Positions 52,801 through 60,302 of a stretch of DNA of 64,000 nt are shown here, in pieces. Under the pieces are notes generated by a model. That model had not been told where the DNA came from. It did not search any database and saw only the letters and a list, made by a program, of their open reading frames with translations. The DNA comes from Chloroflexota bacterium (GTDB taxonomy: Bacteria; Chloroflexota; Dormibacteria; DASZGP01). A program made the translations under genes and the position numbers. The DNA lies in contig JAXDLW010000040.1 in assembly GCA_034666405.1 (NCBI GenBank), forward strand, positions 6,285 through 70,284. The letters run 5' to 3'. The first letter of the stretch is position 1; the number at the start of each line of letters is the position of its first letter.

Positions 52801-53500
52801 GACCATCGACGTGGCGCTGGTCAGTGGCGGAACGGTCATCAACGACCAGGTGGTGACCGGGGCGATCCTGCTCTCGACCGTCCCGTTCAACTTCTCCTTC
52901 GCGGTTCCGGAGCAGTATGTCGGCGTGGCGCTTGACGACCTGCACCTGGTGGTCAGTGTCCAGGCCGCCGAGAGTGCGCTGGGGACCTCCATCGTGAACC
53001 CGGCTTCATTCGTGAGGCTGCCGCTGGCACCCAGCGTGGTTCCGGCCGGCGGCGCGGTGCAGCTGAGCCTGGACGACCCGTCGTTCGGCAAGCCGGTGGC
53101 GGTCTCGCTGGGACCCGGGCTCGCCTTCCAGGCCGGCCTTTCGATTGCCGGGATCGCGCCGGCGCCCTCCACGCACACCTTGTTCGCACGTGCGCTCAGC
53201 GCCGCGGCCACCGGCCCCGCGGTGTCGGCGATGTTCCAGGTGGCGACCGCGGTGACGGGGCCGCCCCCGGTGCTCCCGGGGACGGTCCAGCTGCAGCTGG
53301 TGGCGCTCGGGAAGCAGGCCACCCCGACGGCCTGGATCAACGCGACCGACCTCGCGGGTGACGGGACCTTTGCGACATGGACCGCGCAGGTCAGCCTGGC
53401 CGGCCTGAAGCGGGGAAATTACACGCTGCTGACCCGGATCATCCGCACAGACGGTTCGACGGTATCAGGCCCTGCGCAGCCCATTCGATTCGTCTGGTGA
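49853..53500 (+). CDS. secreted S8-family (subtilisin-like) serine peptidase with N-terminal Ig/PKD-like and long C-terminal beta-rich domains
   Basis: 1215 aa. Signal peptide. Catalytic triad motifs VALADTGI (Asp), DTAGHGTASASVMAG (His), GTSAATPQSAGV (Ser). Confidence 0.85.
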   Translation: MQGLKTTILGRTRVRRSCAMALGLATMSSAFAGTAVSAATPASVAVTSLNGAAPTRINKVKGSGFTVTGTATGLPALDADAGPSQYLKQGSTRTLYGNAFNAVAPASYAWTLDGSAAPFAGATTLRPTLDTTGLTDGVHDAALKVTDSRGLTVTRHSKMVTYRVLGQTLAERSGQLSPSPALLTGTPVGDVPPSAPVRVPFTVPAGTDSIDLTLDYDQLQDPAGLGFAAGSMSVTVEDPSGAQNNNQDGSKGAAANPEKMHIDRPAAGQWYADVTDFLSAPNANYHLLVSSTLTTVANPLPHMAAGGPYSFALGTPQQLQATASGGRAPLAVSWDLTQEGHFATLGAAPVTSFGLGSHLVTARVVDAAGFDTRDTTAVRVVSPGSGSASSPMVVVALADTGINPYHQDFGAALYPDKSILSRSNNFTADPATYIPGYPVGTPSLNVHLGTYDPPSDQPLWDVNGATQLNTLYWIPGTKIVGAMDSGLSIGAPEPGAPTPAPARILDTAGHGTASASVMAGNVNGTCPQCLLVAIKGLGGETWAYTQSWIDIVSNSYGALANVGEAGTGLLGGPTFPQASAERGQLGLYAAGNGNENAFVTPEQTYTSNELGPDWVIRIGAVDRSDNQPFIGTGKPVSASSYGLGNIPAAGHDSTNGQVQHNGTSAATPQSAGVFATTLAAVRGALGDSGVGQRANAVIATGTAVAGSPYLADGKLTRSELVEAVLKTAETGTENTSLQFPPTVPGNPFQFAIEGYGILNVNTGRLAQNVLMGNAALPARVNEDQFMSLDGDLRDALWGTWSGGGVNSANPNPEPDAATNPFKGVRAAQVASFPSALKLLQAASPQGAAAQASPSQPTVTLDNPTNGLTLDPGSTSLPVAGKAAFPASAYTGAANTFYLRRDACGASQTGSQVPYLARQPQPAPAQADGCGSLADPLAPGFSALGAPVADDYAMTTSDLPAVLAGNLPVAGTVYLNSTSPSPVTTIDVALVSGGTVINDQVVTGAILLSTVPFNFSFAVPEQYVGVALDDLHLVVSVQAAESALGTSIVNPASFVRLPLAPSVVPAGGAVQLSLDDPSFGKPVAVSLGPGLAFQAGLSIAGIAPAPSTHTLFARALSAAATGPAVSAMFQVATAVTGPPPVLPGTVQLQLVALGKQATPTAWINATDLAGDGTFATWTAQVSLAGLKRGNYTLLTRIIRTDGSTVSGPAQPIRFVW

Positions 53501-53504
53501 GCGG

Positions 53505-54287
53505 CTAGAAGAGGCCCCGGTCCAGGCCGCCGTCGACGGCCAGTGTCACGCCGGTGATGTAGGACGCGGCGTCACTGGCCAGGAAAACCGCGGCATTGGC
53601 CAGCTCCTCCGGGGTGCCGAACCGGCCCATCGGCGCGTCCTTGCCCCAGGCCTCCAGCTCGTCGTCGACAGCCCGACCGCTTCGTTCGGCGCGGAACCCG
53701 GCGATCTGGCGGATGCGGTCGGTGAGGATGTGCTCGGTCGCGATGTTGTTCACCCGCACCTCCGGCGCCGCCTCGCGCGACAGGCTCTTGGCCATGCCGA
53801 CGATCGCGGGGCGCAGGGCATTCGACAGCAGGAGGCCGTCGATGGGCTGCTTGACCGTGAGCGAGGTCAGGTTGACGATCGCCCCGCCGCCGTCGGCGCG
53901 CAGAGAGGGGAGGGCTGCCCGGGTCACGCGGACGCAGCTCATGAGGAGGGAGTCGAACGCGTGGCGCCACTGCGCCTCGTCGATGGTCTCGAACGTCCCC
54001 GGTGGCGGGCCGCCGGCATTGTTGACCAACACGTCGAGCCCGCCGAGGGTGTGCACCGCCCAATCCACCAGGTCGGCGCACTCATCTGGCTGGGCGAGGT
54101 CGGCGGCCATCGCGAAGACCTCGCCACGCGCGGACAGCTCCTGGGCGGTGGCGCGGATCCGCTCCTCGGAGCTGGACGATATCGCCACGCGGCAGCCCTC
54201 CGTGAGGAGGGCCGCGGCCACCGCCCGGCCCAGTCCCTTGCTCGCCGCCGTGACCAGCGCGCGCTTACCACGGAGCCCGGTTTCCAC
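53505..54287 (-). CDS. SDR-family short-chain dehydrogenase/reductase
   Basis: 260 aa. Cofactor motif TAASKGLGRAVA, NNAG, catalytic S...Y..AK region. Convergent with the peptidase gene. Confidence 0.88.
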   Translation of the reverse strand: METGLRGKRALVTAASKGLGRAVAAALLTEGCRVAISSSSEERIRATAQELSARGEVFAMAADLAQPDECADLVDWAVHTLGGLDVLVNNAGGPPPGTFETIDEAQWRHAFDSLLMSCVRVTRAALPSLRADGGGAIVNLTSLTVKQPIDGLLLSNALRPAIVGMAKSLSREAAPEVRVNNIATEHILTDRIRQIAGFRAERSGRAVDDELEAWGKDAPMGRFGTPEELANAAVFLASDAASYITGVTLAVDGGLDRGLF

Positions 54288-54318
54288 CCGGTCATCTTAG
54301 GAGCCGCGCACCATTTGG

Positions 54319-54347
54319 TTGATCGCGTGCGCGGCGTCGGGTATGGT
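54319..54347 (+). promoter_or_regulatory. putative promoter (TTGATC, 17 nt, TATGGT)
   Basis: Hexamers with correct spacing in the divergent intergenic region upstream of the BNR protein gene. Weak. Confidence 0.25.
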
Positions 54348-54430
54348 GATTCCAACCAGGAAGGGTCCGTGCCCACCGGCGCGGGGGTCAGGTGGCAGCC
54401 GCACCATGGGTTGCCAGCGGGAGGTCTGAG

Positions 54431-56578
54431 ATGAGGCGTGTGCTCATAGCCGTAGTGGCGGCACTGTTCGCGGCTGCCCCGGGGTTCGCCCTGCAGGCGC
54501 CCGCGCTGGCGTCCAACCCGGTGCAACAGGGCTTGAACTACGCCCAGCCCGACATCCACTTCCACGAGGCGTCGGCCATGAGTGGGGGCATCCCAGCGGG
54601 CTTCGTGCAATCGTCCTGCACGGCCCAACCGTCGGGGTGCGACCGGGTCAAGGTCGATATCGACCCGACACTGAACGGCTCGCTGGACAAGCAGGCGCTG
54701 GTGACCATCACCCTCAAGCCCAGTGGGACCAACACGATGTCATTGGCTTACTTCCCGGCCGGTTGCAGCCCCGACGACGTGACCGGGCACTGCGCGCCTT
54801 ACTTCCAGGGCGCTCAGCCCTGGCTCCTGCCCGCCCCCCCGAAGGGTGTGTTGGAGATGGAGGTGGTGTGCAAGAGCTGTGCCAGCGCCACCTACGACCT
54901 CGAGATGAAGCTGACCCACCAGGTGTTCACCCTGCCCTCCGCCGGCGACCCGGCCAACCAGTTCAGCGTGGACACCTTCCCGGTGGTCGTCGCGGACCCC
55001 AACCAGCTCACCGGCCAGTTCGGCGAGCCGGGCATCTCGATGAACGACAACGGCTACGGGATCATCAACACCTTCGGGCCGACGGTCTGGTACACCCACG
55101 ACGCGGGCAAGACCTGGTCCACCCCGTACGACGTGATCGACCGGGATGTCGCCTGCCCATCCGGCTACGCGGGTGATGGCGATGCGGTCGTCGGCGTGGA
55201 CAACACGATGTATGCCGACAACCTGTGCCTAGGCACGGTCGGGTTCGTCAACAACGAGAGTTTCACCAACACCCATGGGGGTGACCCCGGGGCCTCCGGC
55301 GCCAACTGGGAAGGGCCGAACTTCGCAGGCGGCAACTCCGACCGCCAGTGGTACGCGGCCGACCCCAAGGACCCGAACGTCATCTACTTCTCGTACCACG
55401 ACTTCTCGGGCCCCAACATCAACGTCCTGAAATCGGTCGACAAGGGTAAGACGTGGGTCTGCCCGACCACCGGTGGCCTGCCACTGATGGGCCAGAGCCC
55501 ATGCCCCGTGACCCTCACCAACTACTCCGGCGGGCCGCCCTCTGCCAACCCGACCTACCTCGACACGGGCGAGGGCAACATAACCGCGCGGCCGATGGTC
55601 GACCCGACCAACACACAGCGCATCTACGTGCCCTATGCGGACAGCAACGTGGTCAAGGCCGTGGCCGGGAACGCCCCCCGAGGTGACAACGACCTCTCGC
55701 GCCTACGCATGGCCGTGAGCAACGACGGTGGCCATTCCTGGTCCGCCAACACCGACGCGACAGGTGCGGGCTTTGTGTTCGACGCCACCCAGGCATTCCC
55801 CGGCGACGGCTCCGAGGACAGCACGGTGGCGCACCAGTTCGTGGCCGCCGCGATCGACCGCCAGGGGAACCTGTACTACGCGTTCTCGATGCGGGTGGCC
55901 GGCCAGACCACCAGCCACATCGCCCTCATCACCTCCAAGGACCACGGCGTGACGTGGAGTGAGCCGCACCGCGTGGACGTGGGCGCGCGCCTCAACTCGA
56001 ACACCTTCCCGACGATCGTCGCCGGGGACGCCGGACGGGTCGCCATTGCCTGGTACGGGGCGCTCTCCAATGACTTCAACGACGCGACCTCGCAGTGGTC
56101 GGAGATATATGCCGAGTCCATCAACGCGCTGGACTCAGCCCCGGTCTTCAGCCAGACGCGCATCACCGCCGACCAGGAGCCGGTGCATGTCGGGGATATC
56201 TGCCAGGTCGGCCTGAACTGCACGGTCACCGGTGGCAACCGCAACCTCTCGGACTTCCAGATGATCGCCGTCGACGGCTGCGGCCAGACCCACCCGGTGT
56301 GGACAAACGACTACGGCCCCGGGCAGACCGTGACCGCGCGGCAGACGGCCGGCCAGTCGCTCTACGCCAACAACCCGTGCAATCTGCCCAACCAGGTCTC
56401 GCAGGCCGGCCCGGCCTCCGTGCCGGTCGCCGCGGGGTCGGGGGGCACGCCGACGACCTCGACTGGCGCCGTCCCCGGGGCCTGGATGATCGCCGTCCCG
56501 CTTGGTGGCGCCTTCATCGCCACCGTGGGGGTCGCCACGCGCAGGCGCAGACGAAGGGAGACCCGGCCGACCACCTAG
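54431..56578 (+). CDS. secreted BNR/Asp-box repeat (sialidase-like beta-propeller) protein with C-terminal TM helix and poly-Arg tail
   Basis: 715 aa from the ATG at 54431 (GGGAGG SD; signal peptide MRRVLIAVVAALFAAAPGFALQAPALAS). Asp-boxes THDAGKTWST, SVDKGKTWVC, SNDGGHSWSA, SKDHGVTWSE. Ends ...AWMIAVPLGGAFIATVGVATRRRRRRE. Confidence 0.78.
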   Translation: MRRVLIAVVAALFAAAPGFALQAPALASNPVQQGLNYAQPDIHFHEASAMSGGIPAGFVQSSCTAQPSGCDRVKVDIDPTLNGSLDKQALVTITLKPSGTNTMSLAYFPAGCSPDDVTGHCAPYFQGAQPWLLPAPPKGVLEMEVVCKSCASATYDLEMKLTHQVFTLPSAGDPANQFSVDTFPVVVADPNQLTGQFGEPGISMNDNGYGIINTFGPTVWYTHDAGKTWSTPYDVIDRDVACPSGYAGDGDAVVGVDNTMYADNLCLGTVGFVNNESFTNTHGGDPGASGANWEGPNFAGGNSDRQWYAADPKDPNVIYFSYHDFSGPNINVLKSVDKGKTWVCPTTGGLPLMGQSPCPVTLTNYSGGPPSANPTYLDTGEGNITARPMVDPTNTQRIYVPYADSNVVKAVAGNAPRGDNDLSRLRMAVSNDGGHSWSANTDATGAGFVFDATQAFPGDGSEDSTVAHQFVAAAIDRQGNLYYAFSMRVAGQTTSHIALITSKDHGVTWSEPHRVDVGARLNSNTFPTIVAGDAGRVAIAWYGALSNDFNDATSQWSEIYAESINALDSAPVFSQTRITADQEPVHVGDICQVGLNCTVTGGNRNLSDFQMIAVDGCGQTHPVWTNDYGPGQTVTARQTAGQSLYANNPCNLPNQVSQAGPASVPVAAGSGGTPTTSTGAVPGAWMIAVPLGGAFIATVGVATRRRRRRETRPTT

Positions 56579-56629
56579 GGCAGGCCGGCCAGGGGCCGCG
56601 GGCGAGGCCGTCGATAGACTTTCCCACCC

Positions 56630-57871
56630 ATGGGCCACGTCAAATCCCTGATCTGCCGCGAGTGTCAGTCCGAGTTCGAGCCCCAGGCCACGCACGTCTG
56701 CGACCTGTGTTTCGGGCCGCTCGAGGTCAGGTACGACCAGGCCGAGCTGGCCCGCACGGTCTCCCGGGAGTCGATCGAGGCCGGTCCCAACTCGCTCTGG
56801 CGCTACCGTGCCCTGCTTCCCGTCGAGGGTGACGCCCCGCTCGTGACCCTGGGGGAGGGGATGACCCCGCTGGTCCACGCCCAGCGGCTGGGGGCCGAGC
56901 TGGGGTTGTCCAACCTCTACATCAAGAACGAGACGGTCAACCCCACCAACTCCTTCAAGGACCGGGTGGTCTCGGTGGCCGTGAACTGGGCCCGGGCCAA
57001 CGGCTTCGACACCATGGCCTGTGCCTCGACCGGGAACCTTGCCAACTCGGTCGCCGCCTACTCGGCCCGCGCCGGGATGCGCTGTTTCGTCTTCATCCCG
57101 GCGGACCTGGAGGCCAGCAAGGTCCTGACCACCAGCGTCTTCGCCCCCAACCTGGTGGCGGTCGAGGGCAACTACGACGAGGTCAACCGGCTGTGCTCCG
57201 AACTGGCCGACTCCTACCACTGGGCCTTCGCCAACATCAATGTTCGACCCTTCTACGCCGAGGGCAGCAAGACCCTGACCTACGAGACAGCGGAGCAACT
57301 GGGCTGGAAGCTGCCCGACGAGATCGTCATCCCGATCGCCTCCGGCTGCCAGTTCGTGAAGCACAACAAGGCGATCCAGGAGTTGATCGAGCTGGAACTG
57401 GTTGACGGGGGCAAATACCCCCGTCTCACGGGCGCGCAGGCGCTGGGGTGCTCCCCGGTGGCCACCGCGTTCAAGGACGGCGAGCCGGTCCGGCCGGTGC
57501 GGCCCAACACCATCGCCAAGTCGCTGGCGATCGGCAACCCCAGCGACGGCAAGTACGTGATCAACATCGCCAACGGGACCGGTGGCACGGTCGAGACGGT
57601 GACCGAGGAGGAGATCGTCGAGGCCATCGAGCTCCTGGCGCAGACGGAGGGGATCTTCGCGGAGACCGCCGGGGGCGTGACGATCGGGGTCCTGCGGAAG
57701 CTGGCGAAGGCCGGACGCTGGAAGGGCGACGAGACCGTCGTCGCCTATGTCACCGGCCACGGGTTCAAGACGATCGAGGTCATCCCCAACCTGGAGCGCC
57801 ACCGCCGGACCATCCGGCCCTCGGTCCGCTCGTTCGAGGAGACCTTCCCCGAGCTCGCCGCCGCCCAATAG
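56630..57871 (+). CDS. threonine-synthase-like (ThrC-fold) PLP enzyme with N-terminal Zn-ribbon; candidate MetM-type homocysteine synthase
   Basis: 413 aa. N-terminal C-x2-C-x13-C-x2-C. PLP-lysine motif NPTNSFKDR. Fold-type II pattern of ThrC (GN.A...A......G....V..P). Immediately followed by a MoaD/ThiS-like gene. Confidence 0.75.
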   Translation: MGHVKSLICRECQSEFEPQATHVCDLCFGPLEVRYDQAELARTVSRESIEAGPNSLWRYRALLPVEGDAPLVTLGEGMTPLVHAQRLGAELGLSNLYIKNETVNPTNSFKDRVVSVAVNWARANGFDTMACASTGNLANSVAAYSARAGMRCFVFIPADLEASKVLTTSVFAPNLVAVEGNYDEVNRLCSELADSYHWAFANINVRPFYAEGSKTLTYETAEQLGWKLPDEIVIPIASGCQFVKHNKAIQELIELELVDGGKYPRLTGAQALGCSPVATAFKDGEPVRPVRPNTIAKSLAIGNPSDGKYVINIANGTGGTVETVTEEEIVEAIELLAQTEGIFAETAGGVTIGVLRKLAKAGRWKGDETVVAYVTGHGFKTIEVIPNLERHRRTIRPSVRSFEETFPELAAAQ

Positions 57872-57907
57872 GGAATGCATCCTGCCGTCGGTACAATTAC
57901 GTCTCTC

Positions 57908-58186
57908 ATGGCTGTGAAAGTTCGCGTCCCCGGGCCCCTGCGCCGGCTGACCGCCGGTGAATCCGTCGTCGAGGTCGATGGCCAGAGCGTCGGAGAGGTC
58001 CTCACCAACCTGGAACAGAAGTACCCCGGCTTCCGTGAGCGCATCTATGACCAGGAGGGGAAGCTTCGTCAGTTCGTCAACATCTACAAGAACGACGAGG
58101 ACATCCGCTTCGGGTCCGGGCTCGACACGACCGTCGCCGCCGGCGACGACCTGTCCATCGTCCCAGCCGTAGCCGGCGGCCGCTAG
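57908..58186 (+). CDS. MoaD/ThiS-family sulfur-carrier protein with C-terminal Gly-Gly-Arg
   Basis: 92 aa from the ATG at 57908. Beta-grasp pattern (VKVRV.G.LR........V.VDG.SVGEVL..L....P.F........G.LR.FVNIY.N.EDI.......T.V..GD.LSIVP.VAGG) then a terminal Arg. Confidence 0.7.
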   Translation: MAVKVRVPGPLRRLTAGESVVEVDGQSVGEVLTNLEQKYPGFRERIYDQEGKLRQFVNIYKNDEDIRFGSGLDTTVAAGDDLSIVPAVAGGR

Positions 58187-58190
58187 AACC

Positions 58191-58433
58191 TTGGCGCGGC
58201 TGCGGGTCAAGCTGACCTTCGCGCGCGGCGCGGTCACCCAGCCCGTCATCTATGAGATGGGCCACCAGTTCGAGATCGTGACGAACATCCGCCGTGCCGA
58301 CATCACCCGCGACGAGGGCTGGGTCGTGCTCGAGATGGAGGGCGCCCAGGAGGCGCTCGACAACGCGGTCAAGTACTGCGAGGAGAAGGGCGTCCGGGTC
58401 ACCCCGGCCGAGGGCGACGTAGTCGAGTCCTGA
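58191..58433 (+). CDS. stand-alone NIL-domain protein (MetN C-terminal-like)
   Basis: 80 aa. RVKLTFARGAVTQPVIYEMGHQFEIVTNIRRADI..DEGWVVLEMEG...ALDNAVKYCEEKGVRVT matches the NIL-domain pattern. Confidence 0.65.
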   Translation: MARLRVKLTFARGAVTQPVIYEMGHQFEIVTNIRRADITRDEGWVVLEMEGAQEALDNAVKYCEEKGVRVTPAEGDVVES

Positions 58434-58488
58434 CCCCGCGCGGGTGCTGGACGGCGGGGGCCGTCAGGGCGCGGGTATCGTGGGGAGC

Positions 58489-59580
58489 ATGAAGCGCGAG
58501 ACGGTGGCCGTGGCCATGTCCGGGGGGGTCGACAGCTCGGTCGCCGCTGCCTTGCTCAAGGAGCAGGGGCACGACGTTGTGGGGCTGACCCTGCAGCTCT
58601 GGCCCAAGGCCGCGGCTGACCTCGACCGGCACCACGGGTGCTGCTCTCTCGACGCCGTGGAGGACGCGCGTCGGGTGGCCACCCACCTGGGTATCCCGTA
58701 CTACGTGCTCGATGTCCAGGAGGAGTTCCAGGCCCGGGTCGTCGAGCCATTCCTCGCCGACTACACGGAGGGCCGTACTCCCAACCCCTGTATCTCGTGC
58801 AACAACGAGGTCAAGTTCGATCTCCTGCTGCGCAAGGCGCGGTCGATCGGCGCCGACGCGCTGGCCACGGGGCATTACGCCCGGGTGCTGCAGGAGGAGG
58901 ACGGCTACCGGCTGCTGCGCGCGGTCGACCCGGGCAAGGACCAGTCGTATGTGCTGTACGGCCTGGGCCAGGAGGAGCTCGCGCTGGCGCGATTCCCGCT
59001 GGGCGACTGGCGCAAGGCCGATGTCCGGGCCCGCGCTCGCGACCTCGGGCTGGTCACGGCCGACAAGCCGGACAGCGTCGAGATCTGTTTCGTGACAGGG
59101 GGGGACTACCGCGAGCTCCTGGCCCGGCGGGGGGCGGAGGCCGCGGGGGCGATCCGCCACGTGGACGGCGCGGTCCTGGGAACGCATGCCGGCGTCTGGA
59201 ACTACACCGTCGGTCAGCGCTCCGGCCTGGGATCGCTGCCGAGGGGGATCAGCGGCCCGCTGTTCGTGGTCGACATCGACGCCGCCGGCCGCACCGTCAC
59301 GGTCGGTCCGCGCGAGGCGCTCAGGACTGAGCGCATCGAGGTGGGGGAGATGTCGTTCGTGGCCGGCGCCGGCCCGGGGGAGCGGTTCGAGGCCGAGGTC
59401 CGGGTGCGCTACGGGGCCGACCCGGTGCGGGCGGTCGTCGAGATGCCGGCGACGGCACCGCGCGCCGCTTCGGTGTTCCCGTCGGAGCCGCTGGCCTCTG
59501 CGTCACCCGGGCAGGCCGCCGTGCTCTACGACGGCGAGGAGGTCCTTGGCGGCGGCCGGATCCTGAGGCGCGTGGCCTAG
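58489..59580 (+). CDS. mnmA: tRNA-specific 2-thiouridylase
   Basis: ATG at 58489 gives 363 aa. PP-loop VAVAMSGGVDSSVAA, catalytic Cys region PNPCISCN..KF, C-terminal beta-barrel. Confidence 0.88.
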   Translation: MKRETVAVAMSGGVDSSVAAALLKEQGHDVVGLTLQLWPKAAADLDRHHGCCSLDAVEDARRVATHLGIPYYVLDVQEEFQARVVEPFLADYTEGRTPNPCISCNNEVKFDLLLRKARSIGADALATGHYARVLQEEDGYRLLRAVDPGKDQSYVLYGLGQEELALARFPLGDWRKADVRARARDLGLVTADKPDSVEICFVTGGDYRELLARRGAEAAGAIRHVDGAVLGTHAGVWNYTVGQRSGLGSLPRGISGPLFVVDIDAAGRTVTVGPREALRTERIEVGEMSFVAGAGPGERFEAEVRVRYGADPVRAVVEMPATAPRAASVFPSEPLASASPGQAAVLYDGEEVLGGGRILRRVA

Positions 59581-59882
59581 TGTCCGTCGGCATCGACCTG
59601 GTCTCCGGGTTCATCGAATGCCTGATGCTGGTGCTCGCTGTCGACGCTGCGCGGCGCGGCCGGCCTGTGTACTGGGCGGCCGTGGTCGGGATGGGGCTCG
59701 TGCTCTACGCGCGCATGGCCAGTGGCTTCCTGGTGGGCGAGATGTCGTTGACGTCGCTCCGGATCACGCCGCCGGCGTTCCTGACCATCGTCGGTCTGGC
59801 CATCGCCGCGCTGACCGTGCTTTTCGACCTCCTTTTTGAGACTGTCACAGAGTCCGAGGAGGCCCCTAAGCCGTCGGTATAA
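59580..59882 (+). CDS. hypothetical small membrane protein
   Basis: 100-aa ORF with a GTG start overlapping the mnmA stop. Three hydrophobic segments. Confidence 0.45.
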   Translation: MSVGIDLVSGFIECLMLVLAVDAARRGRPVYWAAVVGMGLVLYARMASGFLVGEMSLTSLRITPPAFLTIVGLAIAALTVLFDLLFETVTESEEAPKPSV

Positions 59883-59927
59883 TCCCAACCGTTTGGACGC
59901 TGGTTGTCCGAACTGGAAAGGAGTCGG

Positions 59928-60299
59928 ATGCAGCCCTATCTCGGTCACATCGTGCTCTACGCGATCCTGGCGGTGGCCATGCCCGGCGGCATCATCTTCC
60001 TGGCCATGACCCTGACCAGGGTCCTCAAGACCGGGCGCGGCCAGGGCAATGCGGCCAGTGACACGTACGAGAGCGGCATGGTGCCGATCGGCGAGGCCTG
60101 GATCAAGTACCACATCCAGTACTACCTCTATGCCCTGGTGTTCGTGATCTTCGACGTCGAAGTCGTCTTCCTCTACCCGTGGGCGGTCGTCTTTCGCAGC
60201 ATCGGCGCGCTGGCCCTGGCCGAGATCGTGGTCTTCATCGCCATCCTCGGCGTGGGCCTCGCCTACGCCTGGCGCCGCGGCGCGCTGAGGTGGGAGTAG
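59928..60299 (+). CDS. nuoA: NADH-quinone oxidoreductase subunit A
   Basis: 123 aa from the ATG with a GGAAAGGAG SD. Three TM helices and the conserved ...FDVE..FLYPWA block. The track start at 59904 (TTG) is the less likely alternative. Confidence 0.88.
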   Translation: MQPYLGHIVLYAILAVAMPGGIIFLAMTLTRVLKTGRGQGNAASDTYESGMVPIGEAWIKYHIQYYLYALVFVIFDVEVVFLYPWAVVFRSIGALALAEIVVFIAILGVGLAYAWRRGALRWE

Positions 60300-60302
60300 G
60301 AG

